A DNA stretch of 64,000 nucleotides. It comes from an uncultured Methanosarcinaceae archaeon. GTDB lineage: Archaea > Halobacteriota > Methanosarcinia > Methanosarcinales > Methanosarcinaceae. Of this stretch, positions 50,913 to 62,126 are shown piece after piece. The notes under the pieces were generated by a model. The model did no database searches and was not told the DNA's origin. It saw nothing but the letters and a program-made list of their open reading frames with translations. The stretch lies in NCBI GenBank assembly GCA_963847185.1, contig CAWJYV010000007.1, positions 96,001 through 160,000 of the forward strand, read 5' to 3'. A program made the translations under genes and the position numbers. Each line of letters opens with the position of its first letter. Within the stretch, counting starts at the first letter, position 1.

Positions 50913-51278
50913 TTGACTAATTTGACTCAAGAGAAAGTAACTGACAGAGATAACGCACTTTTTGAAGCAGGAATAAAGCTTGGGGCCCTCTACCATCAGT
51001 TTACGGGTTCTCCTGTAAATTTGAACACTGTTTCCAGCCTGGAACAGGCTATTCAGGAAAGCATTTCAGTTCAGCCTTATGTGGAGAGCATTTCCGTAAA
51101 AATCGATAGGGGAATGCTGAAAAGTAAATTGAACAGTGAATTCGGGTACTCCGAACTTCAGGGACCTATGCTTAAAGTAAAAATCAGTGTAAAGTATGGT
51201 TCTGTAAAGGTTAAAGTCGGGATTGAATACGACTCTGAACTGAATTACCCCCTTATGAAAATCGAAGAAATAGAATAA
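50913..51278 (+). CDS. mptD: Archaeal dihydroneopterin aldolase
   Basis: FEAGIKLGALYHQFTGSPV, QPYV, YSEL, YPLM. Confidence 0.88.
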   Translation: MTNLTQEKVTDRDNALFEAGIKLGALYHQFTGSPVNLNTVSSLEQAIQESISVQPYVESISVKIDRGMLKSKLNSEFGYSELQGPMLKVKISVKYGSVKVKVGIEYDSELNYPLMKIEEIE

Positions 51279-51367
51279 TTAGGTACCTGAAAACTGGAAT
51301 TTGAAGAAACAGCTATTGGAATAATTAACTGCTGGAATAACTAATAAAAATGAAAAAAATAGAGGTT

Positions 51368-52462
51368 TCAAACCTCTTTTTTTGCAGCTTCAAAAGCTCT
51401 GATAACTTTTTCATTTTGTTCTGAAGTTCCGACTGTTACCCTTATGAAAGTATCTCCCGCCTCTCTGAAAGAATCACATGAACGTACGATTATTCCTTTT
51501 CTCATTAGATTTTCGGCGACTACTTTTGCTTTCAAAGGGGCAACATCTACAAGCACAAAGTTTGCTTGAGATGGATAAACCTTAAAGGGAATTTTTTCTT
51601 TAAGATATTCTCTACCCTTCCTTGTAATCTCTATACTCTTTCTAAGATGATCGGTATCCGAAAGGGCAGCTATTCCTGCCTTTAAAGCCGGAAGACTTAC
51701 GGAAAAAGGTGTTGCTGCTCGTATATACTCTTTTACGAGCCATTCAGGCATAATTCCGTAGCCCAGACGCAGGCCGGCAAGCCCGAATGCCTTGGAAAAG
51801 GTTCTGCCAATGACAAGGTTGTCATATTTCCTTACAAGCCCTGAAAGGTTCCTGTCCGCAAACTCTACATAAGCTTCGTCAACAAACACAAGGGCTCTGG
51901 TATTTTCAAGGATTTTTATGAGGTCAGCTTCCGGAATAAGATTTCCTGATGGGTTATTGGGTGAGCAAAGGAAAATTATTTTTGTTCGGGAAGATTCAGC
52001 CTCCAGAACCTTTTCAGGGTCAAGAGAGAAATCCGGGCTCCTCCTGACAAAGATCGGCTTTCCTCCACACGCCCTGGCTGGAAGTTCATAATAGGAAAAG
52101 GTAGGAGTAGGAACTATTACCTCGTCTCCCTTCTCAATTATTAGCCTGCAAAGTCCATCAAGCAGTCCGTCCATTCCAGGTCCAGATGCTATGATGTTCG
52201 AAATCGGAAAACCTGTATATTTAGAGAGGCCTTCTCTAAGTTCAATAGCATCTGCTGATGGATAGATATTTGCTAAAGGGGCTGCATCGACCAGAGCCTG
52301 AACAGCTTTCGGAGAAGGTCCCAGGGGGTTTTCATTTGAGCCAAGCTTGATAACAGCAGCAGGATCAAGTCCATAGGCAGAAACTATCTCTTCAATAGAT
52401 TTTCCGGGAACGTACTCTGCAATATCGAAAATTTCTTTTTTTATCAGTTCAGGCCTGCTCAA
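51368..52462 (-). CDS. hisC: Histidinol-phosphate aminotransferase
   Basis: [36 protein letters not shown]. Confidence 0.93.
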   Translation of the reverse strand: MSRPELIKKEIFDIAEYVPGKSIEEIVSAYGLDPAAVIKLGSNENPLGPSPKAVQALVDAAPLANIYPSADAIELREGLSKYTGFPISNIIASGPGMDGLLDGLCRLIIEKGDEVIVPTPTFSYYELPARACGGKPIFVRRSPDFSLDPEKVLEAESSRTKIIFLCSPNNPSGNLIPEADLIKILENTRALVFVDEAYVEFADRNLSGLVRKYDNLVIGRTFSKAFGLAGLRLGYGIMPEWLVKEYIRAATPFSVSLPALKAGIAALSDTDHLRKSIEITRKGREYLKEKIPFKVYPSQANFVLVDVAPLKAKVVAENLMRKGIIVRSCDSFREAGDTFIRVTVGTSEQNEKVIRAFEAAKKEV

Positions 52463-53648
52463 GCACATCAACTACCGTATCTATCTGCTCTTTTGTAATC
52501 ACAAGTGGAGGGACGAGGCGAAGCACTGAGTCCGAAGTACAATTTACAAGTACTCCGTTTTCCCTTGCAAAATCTACAAATTTGCTACAGGGGTACTTGA
52601 TTTCGACTCCAATCATGAGCCCCCTTCCGCGGACTTCCACAATATCATCCCTATTCATATTCCTGAGTTTTTCCGTAAAATAAGCTCCTATTTCTATTGA
52701 ACGCTTCAAAAGTTCCTCTTCCTTTATCGCCTTAATTGAAGCAAGGGCTGCTGCACAGGCTAAAGGCCCTCCTCCAAAAGTGGAAGCATGCTGTCCACGT
52801 CCGAAGCTTATTCCTTCCCTTGCTGCGATAGCACCCAGTGGAAAACCTCCTCCTATCGCCTTTGCCATACTCATAATATCAGGTTCTACTCCGAACTGTT
52901 CTTTACAAAACCATGTGCCTGTCCTTCCAAAGCCTGTCTGCACTTCGTCAAATATGAGGAGAGTTCCGGTTTCGTCACAGATTTCCCTGACCTCTTTAAG
53001 GTATTCGGGATTCGGTATGTTTACTCCACCTTCTCCCTGAATAGGTTCGAGGATTACTGCCGCGGTATTTTCTGAAATTGCATGCCTGATCGCATCGACG
53101 TCGGAATATGGGACAAAGCTCGTTTCAGAGCTTACAGGAGGCATGAAAGGATCTCTGTACATGCTTTTGTGGGTAACACTGAGTGCTCCTATAGTCCTGC
53201 CATGGAAGGAATGTTCAGCTGCTACAAAAGCGCTTTTACCCGATACTGTACGCGCAAGTTTCATTGCAGCTTCCACGGATTCAGCTCCCGAATTACAGAA
53301 AAAAACACGTTCCATCCCCGTAATCGAAACCAGAGCTTCCGCAAGTTCGGCCTGAATGTCGGTATAGTAAAGATTAGAAACATGCATCAATTTCTCAGCT
53401 TGAGTCTGGATCGCCCTAACGACTGTTGGGTGACAGTGTCCAACATTATTTACTGCAATTCCCGCAACGCAGTCGATATATTCCTTTCCGTAAATATCCT
53501 GAACAAGTGCTCCACTACCTTTTGAAAGTACAAGAGGCTGCCGTCCATAAGTCTGCATTACATATTTTGAATCTTTTTCTATAACTGAATCATACATTGT
53601 TTTTGGATCCCTGGAGCCTTCCATTTTTTCTATGATTTCTTCTATCAA
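52449..53648 (-). CDS. argD: Acetylornithine aminotransferase
   Basis: [45 protein letters not shown]. Confidence 0.93.
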   Translation of the reverse strand: MIEEIIEKMEGSRDPKTMYDSVIEKDSKYVMQTYGRQPLVLSKGSGALVQDIYGKEYIDCVAGIAVNNVGHCHPTVVRAIQTQAEKLMHVSNLYYTDIQAELAEALVSITGMERVFFCNSGAESVEAAMKLARTVSGKSAFVAAEHSFHGRTIGALSVTHKSMYRDPFMPPVSSETSFVPYSDVDAIRHAISENTAAVILEPIQGEGGVNIPNPEYLKEVREICDETGTLLIFDEVQTGFGRTGTWFCKEQFGVEPDIMSMAKAIGGGFPLGAIAAREGISFGRGQHASTFGGGPLACAAALASIKAIKEEELLKRSIEIGAYFTEKLRNMNRDDIVEVRGRGLMIGVEIKYPCSKFVDFARENGVLVNCTSDSVLRLVPPLVITKEQIDTVVDVLEQA

Positions 53649-54052
53649 TTGAAACCCTTCCTGAAATCTATGATTAAACTGATTTTAAGCTGATCTGAAG
53701 TTTAACGGTGAAATTTTGGATTATTTTAAATTCTATGCCTAATATGGAAGTTTAAACAGACTGAAAGTCAATATATTATCTCAAAACATTCCTTTGAGGA
53801 TTTAATAAGTTTATCAGTTGAAACTTTTCTATGTCCTTCTAAAATCCAGATAATTCCCTTATACTCTAAGAATCTTACTGATCCTTCAAAAAAGAAAATT
53901 CTCTTCTACGCTTATTTACTAAGGAATATGGGAATTTTCCTATGAACAAATCAGGATTTAAGAAAGAATAGGATATTTCAGGTAGCAAGTGGCTAAAGAA
54001 ACATATAAAGAAAACCCCGATTTTGCAGGCTTGAATCAAGCAAGGGTTTGGA

Positions 54053-55192
54053 TTAACTCCCGTGTTCTCCTGCTTCATGCCTTCGTCTTAATCTTCTCAC
54101 TCCGCCGGTGCGCCGTGTCCTTCCTAACGCCATGGTCCTGGCAGACATTTCTCCTTTGCCCGGTACAAAACCGTTTTTAGCTTTTGCGTTTGTTTTGATG
54201 AGTGAGTTTATCTCAATCAAGTTTGGAGATTTCAGGAGCTCTTTTTGAGATCCATCTTCCTTTATTTCTCTTGGAATCACTTTCCCCAGAGCATTAACTT
54301 CTGCAAGAACGGGCTTTTCTCCAGCATCCCTTAAGAAAGATACTCCTGAAGGAGCCTTTATAGTGCCGTCTACCCTTGCATTTTCGCGCAGTAAAACAGA
54401 GTCAGCTTTTATTCCCCCGAAGACTCTGCTGTTTCGGCCAATGTCTACCTTTCCTTTTGAAGATAGGTTCCCGTAAACAGTGCTATTGTCCCCTATACTG
54501 ATATTGCTTTCCGAATAAACGCTTCCCTTCAGGATCAGGTTTTTTCCTGCTTCTATTGTCTGTGCCCGGATCCTTCCTATTAGTAAACAATTACTCCCAA
54601 TAAAGGCTTCTCCGGCAACTTCGATGGCTTCAGGGGAAATCTTCGTGTCAGCAGGTATGATTAATATCTTTTCAGCAGGTTCTTTTCCTTCAAGGTCCTG
54701 GCTGTCCTCAGAATCTTCAAAAAGTTCTCCCAGAGCTTTTTCTATTTCTTCATCTTTTCCAAGGCGCATCATTTCTCTGATGTAAAGAAATAAAAATATA
54801 ATTACAGGAACCGGATTTCTGACCAGGATCCATCCCTTGGCCTCGAATCCCCCTTTTATCTTAACTTCTTTTCCTACATCCAGATCTCCTGCTACGGACA
54901 GTTTCCCATCTATGGTTACAAATTCTCCCAGATAGGCATTTCTACCGACTTCAACTCTGCTTCCCAGTTTGGACCACATGTCAATCCTGGCATCGGAACT
55001 GGCCACTATATCTCCGGAAACGGTCACTCCTTCTCCTATAATTACCGTTTCCCCCAGTATCCCGTATTCAATACTGGAGTGATTGCCGACAATAACATCT
55101 CCCTCGACTACAATCCTATTTGCTTCTATTCTGGTGTTGTCGGGAATGAGCAGGTTTTTTAGAATCTGTTCTGGCTCTGGAATAATTCTCAC
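54053..55192 (-). CDS. Beta-helical polymer-forming (bactofilin-like, COG4801-type) protein
   Basis: Two blocks of ~17-aa repeats (V.G.V.IG..S.I.G.I) separated by a hydrophobic helix (NPVPVIIFLFLY); basic C-terminal tail. Confidence 0.7.
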   Translation of the reverse strand: MRIIPEPEQILKNLLIPDNTRIEANRIVVEGDVIVGNHSSIEYGILGETVIIGEGVTVSGDIVASSDARIDMWSKLGSRVEVGRNAYLGEFVTIDGKLSVAGDLDVGKEVKIKGGFEAKGWILVRNPVPVIIFLFLYIREMMRLGKDEEIEKALGELFEDSEDSQDLEGKEPAEKILIIPADTKISPEAIEVAGEAFIGSNCLLIGRIRAQTIEAGKNLILKGSVYSESNISIGDNSTVYGNLSSKGKVDIGRNSRVFGGIKADSVLLRENARVDGTIKAPSGVSFLRDAGEKPVLAEVNALGKVIPREIKEDGSQKELLKSPNLIEINSLIKTNAKAKNGFVPGKGEMSARTMALGRTRRTGGVRRLRRRHEAGEHGS

Positions 55193-55586
55193 TCTCCGGA
55201 GAAACTGTTACCTGCCTTTCTGGTGTAAGGGTTTCAGGGGACAATTTTGGGAATGATTTTGTTGTATTTCTTTATTCTATGAACGATAATCCAATCAAAA
55301 GTTACTATCTATAATATATTCTTATTCATTTTCTCCGTTCACTAGAAGAATATTTGAACAATATCAATAGCATTATATTATATCTGACTATATGTAAATT
55401 TGTGTAAGATTTAAAAATATCTCCTATCTTCATGCATATTTTTTAAGACTTATTCCGCCTTATCCGGTCTTCTTACTTACTTCTTTTATTAATTGCTTTT
55501 CACTTACTTTCTAGCCTGCTTGTTTTTTACTTATTTTCTTTTGTCTGCATTACTCAAAAATTATTTTTTTGAATCATCTGGTTTAT

Positions 55587-56066
55587 TTATTCCTTTTTCG
55601 AAGCAATCCCTACCCTTACATCCACAGCCGCTCCACTGTCAAGAGCCAGGATTTCAGCAGGGGAAAGAAGCAGTTGCCCGGTTGCAAGCAATCTGTCAGC
55701 TTCATCTGTCACAAGTACTTCTTCTCCGGCTCGAAGTTCCGGATCAATTTCAACCACATGTTTTATGAAAGCCGTTTTACCTTTTTCGACAAAAGGAGCA
55801 GCTTCTTCTGAAATAACAACTCTGAGCTTTTTTTCAGGTAATAGTCTGTGGATAACGGAAGCTCCCTCGATACTGAGAGTAAAAAAACCGTCCTTTGCCC
55901 TCGCTGTAGCTATGCGTTTTCCTGAATGAAAGACCTGACGTACCCTTTTTGTCCTGGACAACTGGAATGTTGCTCCTTCAGGGAAAAGCACTTTTCCAAT
56001 ACCTTTCCCAAACTGGTAATCTGCAATCATTCGGACTCTGGCAAGTCTTTCTCCATCACAATTCAT
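55587..56066 (-). CDS. Stand-alone PUA-domain protein (C-terminal part of split archaeosine tRNA-guanine transglycosylase)
   Basis: IADYQFG, IATARAKDGFFTL, GKTAFIKHV, GEEVLV, AVDVRVG. Confidence 0.8.
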   Translation of the reverse strand: MNCDGERLARVRMIADYQFGKGIGKVLFPEGATFQLSRTKRVRQVFHSGKRIATARAKDGFFTLSIEGASVIHRLLPEKKLRVVISEEAAPFVEKGKTAFIKHVVEIDPELRAGEEVLVTDEADRLLATGQLLLSPAEILALDSGAAVDVRVGIASKKE

Positions 56067-56344
56067 AAGGGTAGGTAATATATGCAGACCTTAAATCCAT
56101 TCCGGTTGTTACGATCTTTCTGTGCCAGGCAAGGATACTCCTATAATTCTATTATTCGAAAGAAATAATAAAATATTTATATCTGGTGTATTTTAAGCAA
56201 TATCTATCAGGCGAGTACCAAGTTTAGTAGTAATAATATAAAAATAAAATCTTACCTTTATTTAACAGGACTATAATCCAGCAATCTATGAAAATATTTC
56301 TTATTTAGTTTGTATTAAATTCTACTGGCTGAACTCTCTACTTA

Positions 56345-57502
56345 ATGAATCGTATTTTCAAAAAACAGGTCGAGGATTGTGTGATTCGAAAAAACGTATC
56401 CCTTGATGAAGCTCACCTTCAGAAGCTCCAGCCCCTTCTGGATAAACACAGAGGGAATTTGAGTGCAGCAGTAAGGGAAGTAATTGAACTGGTCAGCCTT
56501 GGCCTTGAAAGCCATGGAACTCCTGAGGAAATGGCTAAAAATCTAAAAATAGAGAAGCACTTTTCCCAGACAAAGGAACAGCTTATTACTAGTGGGGAGT
56601 GTATACTGATAAATCAGCAGGTGATGAAATGGCTTGTGAAGAGCTGTGCTGGCAGACTTATGGATGAAGACGTTGTTCATGGTCTGATCAATCCTTACCT
56701 TATCACCACAATCCCTGAACTGGTAGAATATCTCAACTCCATTAGTAAAAAGATGGGTTGGAGAATTGAAGTCTCTGGTCCTTATAGAGAAGGGCATGGA
56801 AATGGGCCCCTATTCATGGACTTTACTGGTGGAGATAGGGATTTTCGTGAATTTCTTGTAGAAACTGTCTGTATTTTTCTTTCACGCTGGATGAATCTGG
56901 ATGTTGAAGCTTTACATCGGAAGTCCAATTCGATTACTGTCTACTTAAAGAGTTTTATCAGGCATGACTCGCATGAAGTTCCTCCCGGATTAAAGAAATA
57001 TTTTGGTTCTAAAGATCTCCTTTACAGGGAAATTGAACAAAAACCTGATTTCTGGATGACACTTGGGGAACTATATCAAAAATTCAATTACCAGAGGGTA
57101 AATCTGGATAAAGACCTTTTTGAGGCTCTTGTTGCAGGTAAAGTTCCGGACATTTCAAAATATTTTGAAATTAAAGCTGACCGTTCCCTTCGTGAACTTG
57201 AGCTCTCTGAATTACTTCCGCTTTTCAAATACCTTGTAATGGCTTCCAATCTTGTTAATGACGTGGAGATATGCACTGAAAAAGGAAAAGAAAAAATAAA
57301 AATTCGGCATGATTATTCCGATGAAAGAGTCATCACAAAGTTGATTCAGTTATTTTCCAATGTTTTTAATTCTGGATGGCATAAATTCAGTGTAAGTTCT
57401 GTGTCGGAACTCATAATATTTGATTTTTCTTTCCCTGAAATTTTGGACCCTGAAATCCTGGATGAAAATATTAAAATATTTTCACTTGATCAGGAAGTTT
57501 AA
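56345..57502 (+). CDS. Uncharacterised RHH-domain protein, paralog 1
   Basis: IRKNVSLDE..GNLSAAVREVIE; likely GTG start near 56381. Confidence 0.8.
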   Translation: MNRIFKKQVEDCVIRKNVSLDEAHLQKLQPLLDKHRGNLSAAVREVIELVSLGLESHGTPEEMAKNLKIEKHFSQTKEQLITSGECILINQQVMKWLVKSCAGRLMDEDVVHGLINPYLITTIPELVEYLNSISKKMGWRIEVSGPYREGHGNGPLFMDFTGGDRDFREFLVETVCIFLSRWMNLDVEALHRKSNSITVYLKSFIRHDSHEVPPGLKKYFGSKDLLYREIEQKPDFWMTLGELYQKFNYQRVNLDKDLFEALVAGKVPDISKYFEIKADRSLRELELSELLPLFKYLVMASNLVNDVEICTEKGKEKIKIRHDYSDERVITKLIQLFSNVFNSGWHKFSVSSVSELIIFDFSFPEILDPEILDENIKIFSLDQEV

Positions 57503-57630
57503 TAAAATAACAGCTATAATATATATAGCTATTGCGTAAGTAGCATGTGATTTACACATAATATTTACTTAATCAAAATCCATTTCACTATCTAATTATT
57601 TGTAAAAGCTCTCTTAAAAAGTGGAGATAA

Positions 57631-58683
57631 ATGATTCGTAAAAACGTTTCCATGGAAGATGAATATATTCAAAAACTACAGCCTTTTCTGGACAAAAATA
57701 GCGGAAACTTGAGTGCTGCAATAAGGGATGCAATAGAACTTGCAGATGCTGCTCTTAAGGGACACGAATCTATAGAAGATGCAGTAAATTCTTTTTCGGG
57801 AGGTTCTACGAAATATCCTGCAGTCCGCAATAGTCTGGTTGAGAGTGGAGAATGTATTCTTATAAGCCAGCTTTCTTTCAGGTGGCTGATTCAGAATACT
57901 GATGGAATTCTTGTTTCTGACGAGCTAGTAAGTGAGCTTTTCAATCCCTATAGGATAAAAAGTATTTCAGATCTTCTTGAATACTTTAATCAACGTAGTC
58001 AGAATCTGGGTTGGGGAATTGAAGCCTCAATTAGCAAGTGGGAAGAAGAAAATACTGATATAATAGTGCTTGAGCATGGGGACCCTAATTTACGGGCTTT
58101 TCTTGCTGAATTACTCTCGCTATTCCTTGGACGCTACCTGAACTTTGACGTTTCTTTTGTCCATCACAAATCCAATTCCATCCGGATTTTTCTTAAAGAA
58201 TACAAGTCTGATACTGATATCCCTCCAGGAATTCGAAAAAACTTCGGGATCCTTGATTCTACTTTCAAAGAAATAAGAAGCAGGCCGGATTTCTGGACTT
58301 CTCTTGTTGAAAGATACAGGTTGCACAGATATGAGAGAGTGAATCTTAATAGGGATGTATTTGAGGTATTTCTCTCAGGTGAGATTCCGGAAATAACAAG
58401 CTTTTGCGAAGCATCTGCAGGTAAACCTATTAAGGAAATCCCCTTCAGTGAGTTGTTAATCATTTGTAAAAGATTAGTCTCAATCACCCAGCTTGCAAGT
58501 GATATTGAAATTACTATTGAAGGAGGGAAAAATTATTTGAAAATTAGACATCAATTTTCCAACGAAAAAGTCATCCTCAAATTGGTTGGACTTTTTTCAA
58601 AACTATTCCAGACAGCAGGATATCTCTTCAAAGTCAAGACCGTGTCAAATCTTATTATCTTTGAGTTTGCAGAAACCTGTTAA
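57631..58683 (+). CDS. Uncharacterised RHH-domain protein, paralog 2
   Basis: MIRKNVSMED..GNLSAAIRDAIE; full-length similarity to neighbours. Confidence 0.85.
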   Translation: MIRKNVSMEDEYIQKLQPFLDKNSGNLSAAIRDAIELADAALKGHESIEDAVNSFSGGSTKYPAVRNSLVESGECILISQLSFRWLIQNTDGILVSDELVSELFNPYRIKSISDLLEYFNQRSQNLGWGIEASISKWEEENTDIIVLEHGDPNLRAFLAELLSLFLGRYLNFDVSFVHHKSNSIRIFLKEYKSDTDIPPGIRKNFGILDSTFKEIRSRPDFWTSLVERYRLHRYERVNLNRDVFEVFLSGEIPEITSFCEASAGKPIKEIPFSELLIICKRLVSITQLASDIEITIEGGKNYLKIRHQFSNEKVILKLVGLFSKLFQTAGYLFKVKTVSNLIIFEFAETC

Positions 58684-58993
58684 ATACAAGTTTAAAATAC
58701 ATTTATTTTCTAATATTTTTGGAAGTTTATCAGCTTTTAATTCTTCAAACATATTTTATATTTTGGCCATGTTTTGTTTTTTATTCAAAGTTCCCATCCT
58801 CTTCGTTTATACTTATTTTTGATCTATTGATATCTTTTTTCTTTTTTATTTTTTGTTTACTCTCCTTTGAGCATATATTTTTCACCTCCTAGTCTAGCAA
58901 AATAATTAAGAAGTATGAGCTCCAATTTAGTATCTGGTTTACGAAAATCAAAATGTTTGCGAAGTGAGGAAGCTTTAAGTTCCTCATTATTTC

Positions 58994-60130
58994 ATGGCAG
59001 AAGAGGGAGTTCCCTTGATAGTCCGAAAAAATATCTCCATTGATCAGTCTTATGTAGATAAATTAAAACCCTTTCTGGAAAATAATAATGGGAACTTAAG
59101 CGCAGCAATAAGGGACGCTATCGAAACTGCCTCTCTGGCGTTGGAAAGGAAAACGGGTGAAAATGGAGAAAAAGATACAGGTAAAGCTTCACAGAAAGCA
59201 GAATTTCGGAACAAATTAATTGAGGAAGAAGAATTTTTGCTTATACATCATACTCTTTTTGAATGGCTTATTGAGAAAACTTCAGGGTTATTGATTGATG
59301 AATCTATTGTGTACGAACTGATCAACCCTTATAAGGTTAAAAACATTTCCGATATTGTCAGTCACTTAAATGTACTTAACGAGAAAATGGGTTGGAAAGT
59401 CAAAGTTGACGCAGAGTGTAATAAGGACTTTGAGCCTGAAGATGCAAACCTTACTCTCTCAAACGGCAACCCCTGTCTCAGGGTTATGATGGCTCATACT
59501 TTAGCTCTTTATATGGCAAAGCAGATGAAACTGGATGTCCAGGGCTTGTTTTGCAGGTCGAATGTAACAAAAGTCTATTTTAAACGTTTCGAATTTCTTA
59601 ATTACCAGAAGATCCCCAGGGGGCTTGAGGAACACTTCGGGCCAATGGAAAACACTTTACGGGAAATCCAGAAAAGACCAGAGTTCTGGAAAAATCTCAT
59701 CAAAACATACAGGCAGCAGAACTATCAGCGGCTCAGCATGAACAGAAAGATTTTCGAAGCTTTTGTTTCCGGGAATATCCCTTCCGCAACTGACATGGTA
59801 AGAAATTTCGAATTAGTTGTAGGCAAACCTCCTGAGATTTTCACCCTTGCCGAGCATATCATGATTTTTAAAGAACTTTATCTTACAGAAGGCATAGGAA
59901 CTGATATTGAAATTTGCACGGAAAAAGGTAGTGAATATGTCAAATTGATTCATGATTATTCTGATAGTAAAGTCTGTGAGTATATTACAACATATTACTC
60001 AAATTTTTTCAAGTCGATTGGTTATCCTTTTACAACTACCACCAACCCTCACATGATAGTGTTCGAATTCAAAAAGGGTTTGAGTTTCACCTCTGTTTCT
60101 GAATCCGGAATAATGGGTATGGAGTCTTAA
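58994..60130 (+). CDS. Uncharacterised RHH-domain protein, paralog 3
   Basis: VRKNISIDQ..GNLSAAIRDAIE; possible TTG start near 59015. Confidence 0.82.
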   Translation: MAEEGVPLIVRKNISIDQSYVDKLKPFLENNNGNLSAAIRDAIETASLALERKTGENGEKDTGKASQKAEFRNKLIEEEEFLLIHHTLFEWLIEKTSGLLIDESIVYELINPYKVKNISDIVSHLNVLNEKMGWKVKVDAECNKDFEPEDANLTLSNGNPCLRVMMAHTLALYMAKQMKLDVQGLFCRSNVTKVYFKRFEFLNYQKIPRGLEEHFGPMENTLREIQKRPEFWKNLIKTYRQQNYQRLSMNRKIFEAFVSGNIPSATDMVRNFELVVGKPPEIFTLAEHIMIFKELYLTEGIGTDIEICTEKGSEYVKLIHDYSDSKVCEYITTYYSNFFKSIGYPFTTTTNPHMIVFEFKKGLSFTSVSESGIMGMES

Positions 60131-60196
60131 CTTTTCAAATTCCAGATCTTTTAGTAGATAGATACATTCATATTCTGAAGTTTCTTATCCCTTTTC

Positions 60197-60763
60197 ATGA
60201 GTGACGTAATTTTGCTCTGGGACAGCCCTCTCCTTTTTGAAAAATTGTTTGTGGAATATAAGCTTGAATGTAGCCGTGCACTCTCAACATCTCTTGGCAC
60301 TCCTTATCTTCCTGCATGCAAAGTTCTTGTCTTGCCTACAGGTTTTGCAAATAAGCAGTATACGAAAACCGGTGTAGGGCTTGAACGCGGCAAACGTTCC
60401 CTTGAAAAGTTTGTGACAAAAGGAGGAACTCTGCTCATTTTCAGTCCTCTTGTTCCAGAATACGAATACGAATGGCTTCCTTTTTCTCTGAAATATGTAA
60501 TGGAAGAGAACCAATGCACACCTCGACCCGTGGGCGAACACGATGCCCAAAAGCTTATGGGAAGTATAGTCCCCCCTGCAGGTTGTGACGGTTACTTTGC
60601 AGAAGCAGATGCTGATGTGGTGCTTAAGGATAATGAAGACAGACCCATTATGGTCGTAAAAGAAATAGGGGAAGGAATGATTGTTGCGACCACGATACAT
60701 GAACTGCCTGCAGCTGAGTTCTTTGAGTGCAGGGTTGCATGTACAAAAAAAGTGAAACCCTGA
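60197..60763 (+). CDS. Hypothetical protein, class I glutamine-amidotransferase-like fold (no catalytic Cys evident)
   Basis: LVLPTGF, LEKFVTKGGTLLIF, GEGMIVATTIHE. Confidence 0.6.
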   Translation: MSDVILLWDSPLLFEKLFVEYKLECSRALSTSLGTPYLPACKVLVLPTGFANKQYTKTGVGLERGKRSLEKFVTKGGTLLIFSPLVPEYEYEWLPFSLKYVMEENQCTPRPVGEHDAQKLMGSIVPPAGCDGYFAEADADVVLKDNEDRPIMVVKEIGEGMIVATTIHELPAAEFFECRVACTKKVKP

Positions 60764-60895
60764 AATCAAAATTTTTTTGCTGAAAGTTTTTGAATTATAC
60801 GGAAGTAAAAAAGCCAAATAAAAGTCATGAGCATATGGATATAAAGAAAACACCAGGGAAAACAAACGGTTGGTAGTAACCTCTATTGTTAGCCC

Positions 60896-61198
60896 TTACT
60901 GAATTTTTTTTACGTTTTTATCCTTCTTATAATTCTCCCTAAGTCTTTTTATTTCTTCTGCATCACTTTTTAGCCTGATCACAAAAAAACCGAAACAGGG
61001 TTTTGTAAACTGAAATATAATATCGTTTCCTGAAAAGCCTACAGGAGCAGTTGTACCAAGCAGGATGAAACCTTCTACTTTATATCCACCAGGCACCAAA
61101 TACACGTCCTCAGAGAGTCCTTTAATAAAATCTTCACACTCCTTAGGGGTTATATTCTTCAGGATAATCTCATACTTGTATCCTCTTAAGCATACCAT
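60896..61198 (-). CDS. DUF1894-family protein
   Basis: YEIILK, VYLVPGGYK, FTKPCFG; paralog of 62123-62503. Confidence 0.8.
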   Translation of the reverse strand: MVCLRGYKYEIILKNITPKECEDFIKGLSEDVYLVPGGYKVEGFILLGTTAPVGFSGNDIIFQFTKPCFGFFVIRLKSDAEEIKRLRENYKKDKNVKKIQ

Positions 61199-61658
61199 TT
61201 TTGTGCCTTTTGCGCTTTTTTATATCAGCTCCAAAATATTCTGATAAATGCTAGTACATGTGAAGTAATGGACAATTTAATTTACAAGTTAAAATATAAA
61301 AGAATATATATTTAGATGTTTCATTCTGAAAAAGGATAGAAAGGTTGTAGAGATTTTAATCAACCAAATCATTTTTACAGTATTCTGTTTATGTTATCTG
61401 GAATACGTGCAGGAGTAAAGATTTAATCTGGAAGACTAATCAGTTTTAAGACTGATGTCAACAATTTATATATTAAATTGCTGATAATTTAAGCGCGGTT
61501 AAAGCCAGCCCTAGAAGGATTGAAACTCAGACCTGTGGAAAACATCGAACAAGAAAATTGTCTATGTTTCAAGGATTTCCGTCGAATATCAATTGCAAAA
61601 GTTGGCTAGGGATAACTCTATCCATCCTTACAGATACTTATTAATAGAATATTCAGAG

Positions 61659-62126
61659 ATGAAATATATGATCGGCGTAAAAGTGCTCCTTATGTTGGGA
61701 TGTCCCGAGGTTCCAATTCAAACCAGCATTGCTCTGTATCTTTCCCATAAGCTGAATAAATCAGGATTTGATGTAACTGTTGCTGGGAATGATGCCGTAA
61801 CCAAGCTTTTGAAAGTTTCCGATATCGACGGTTATTATGTAAAGAAAATGGTTAATCTCGATAAAACCTTAGAGGATATTATTGAGAAAAGATTCGATTT
61901 CGACATTTGCTTTGCCTTTATGCATAACGATTCAGGAATGACTTTTGCAACAACAATGAGTGCCATTTCTCAGGCCAAAATGTACTCTGTAGTTTTTGGC
62001 AGGAATGCTGAGGCTCTAGCAGAAGCCATTGAGTTTGACTGCGTGAAAATAGTTGCAAAAGATGTTCATAACCCCACTCGGCTCAAGAATAAGCTGGATA
62101 AGTTGATAGAGGAGATAGTTAAATGA
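61659..62126 (+). CDS. DUF1890-family methanogen protein
   Basis: LGCPEVPIQT, AFMHNDSG, VHNP; start moved to MKYMIG. Confidence 0.82.
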   Translation: MKYMIGVKVLLMLGCPEVPIQTSIALYLSHKLNKSGFDVTVAGNDAVTKLLKVSDIDGYYVKKMVNLDKTLEDIIEKRFDFDICFAFMHNDSGMTFATTMSAISQAKMYSVVFGRNAEALAEAIEFDCVKIVAKDVHNPTRLKNKLDKLIEEIVK

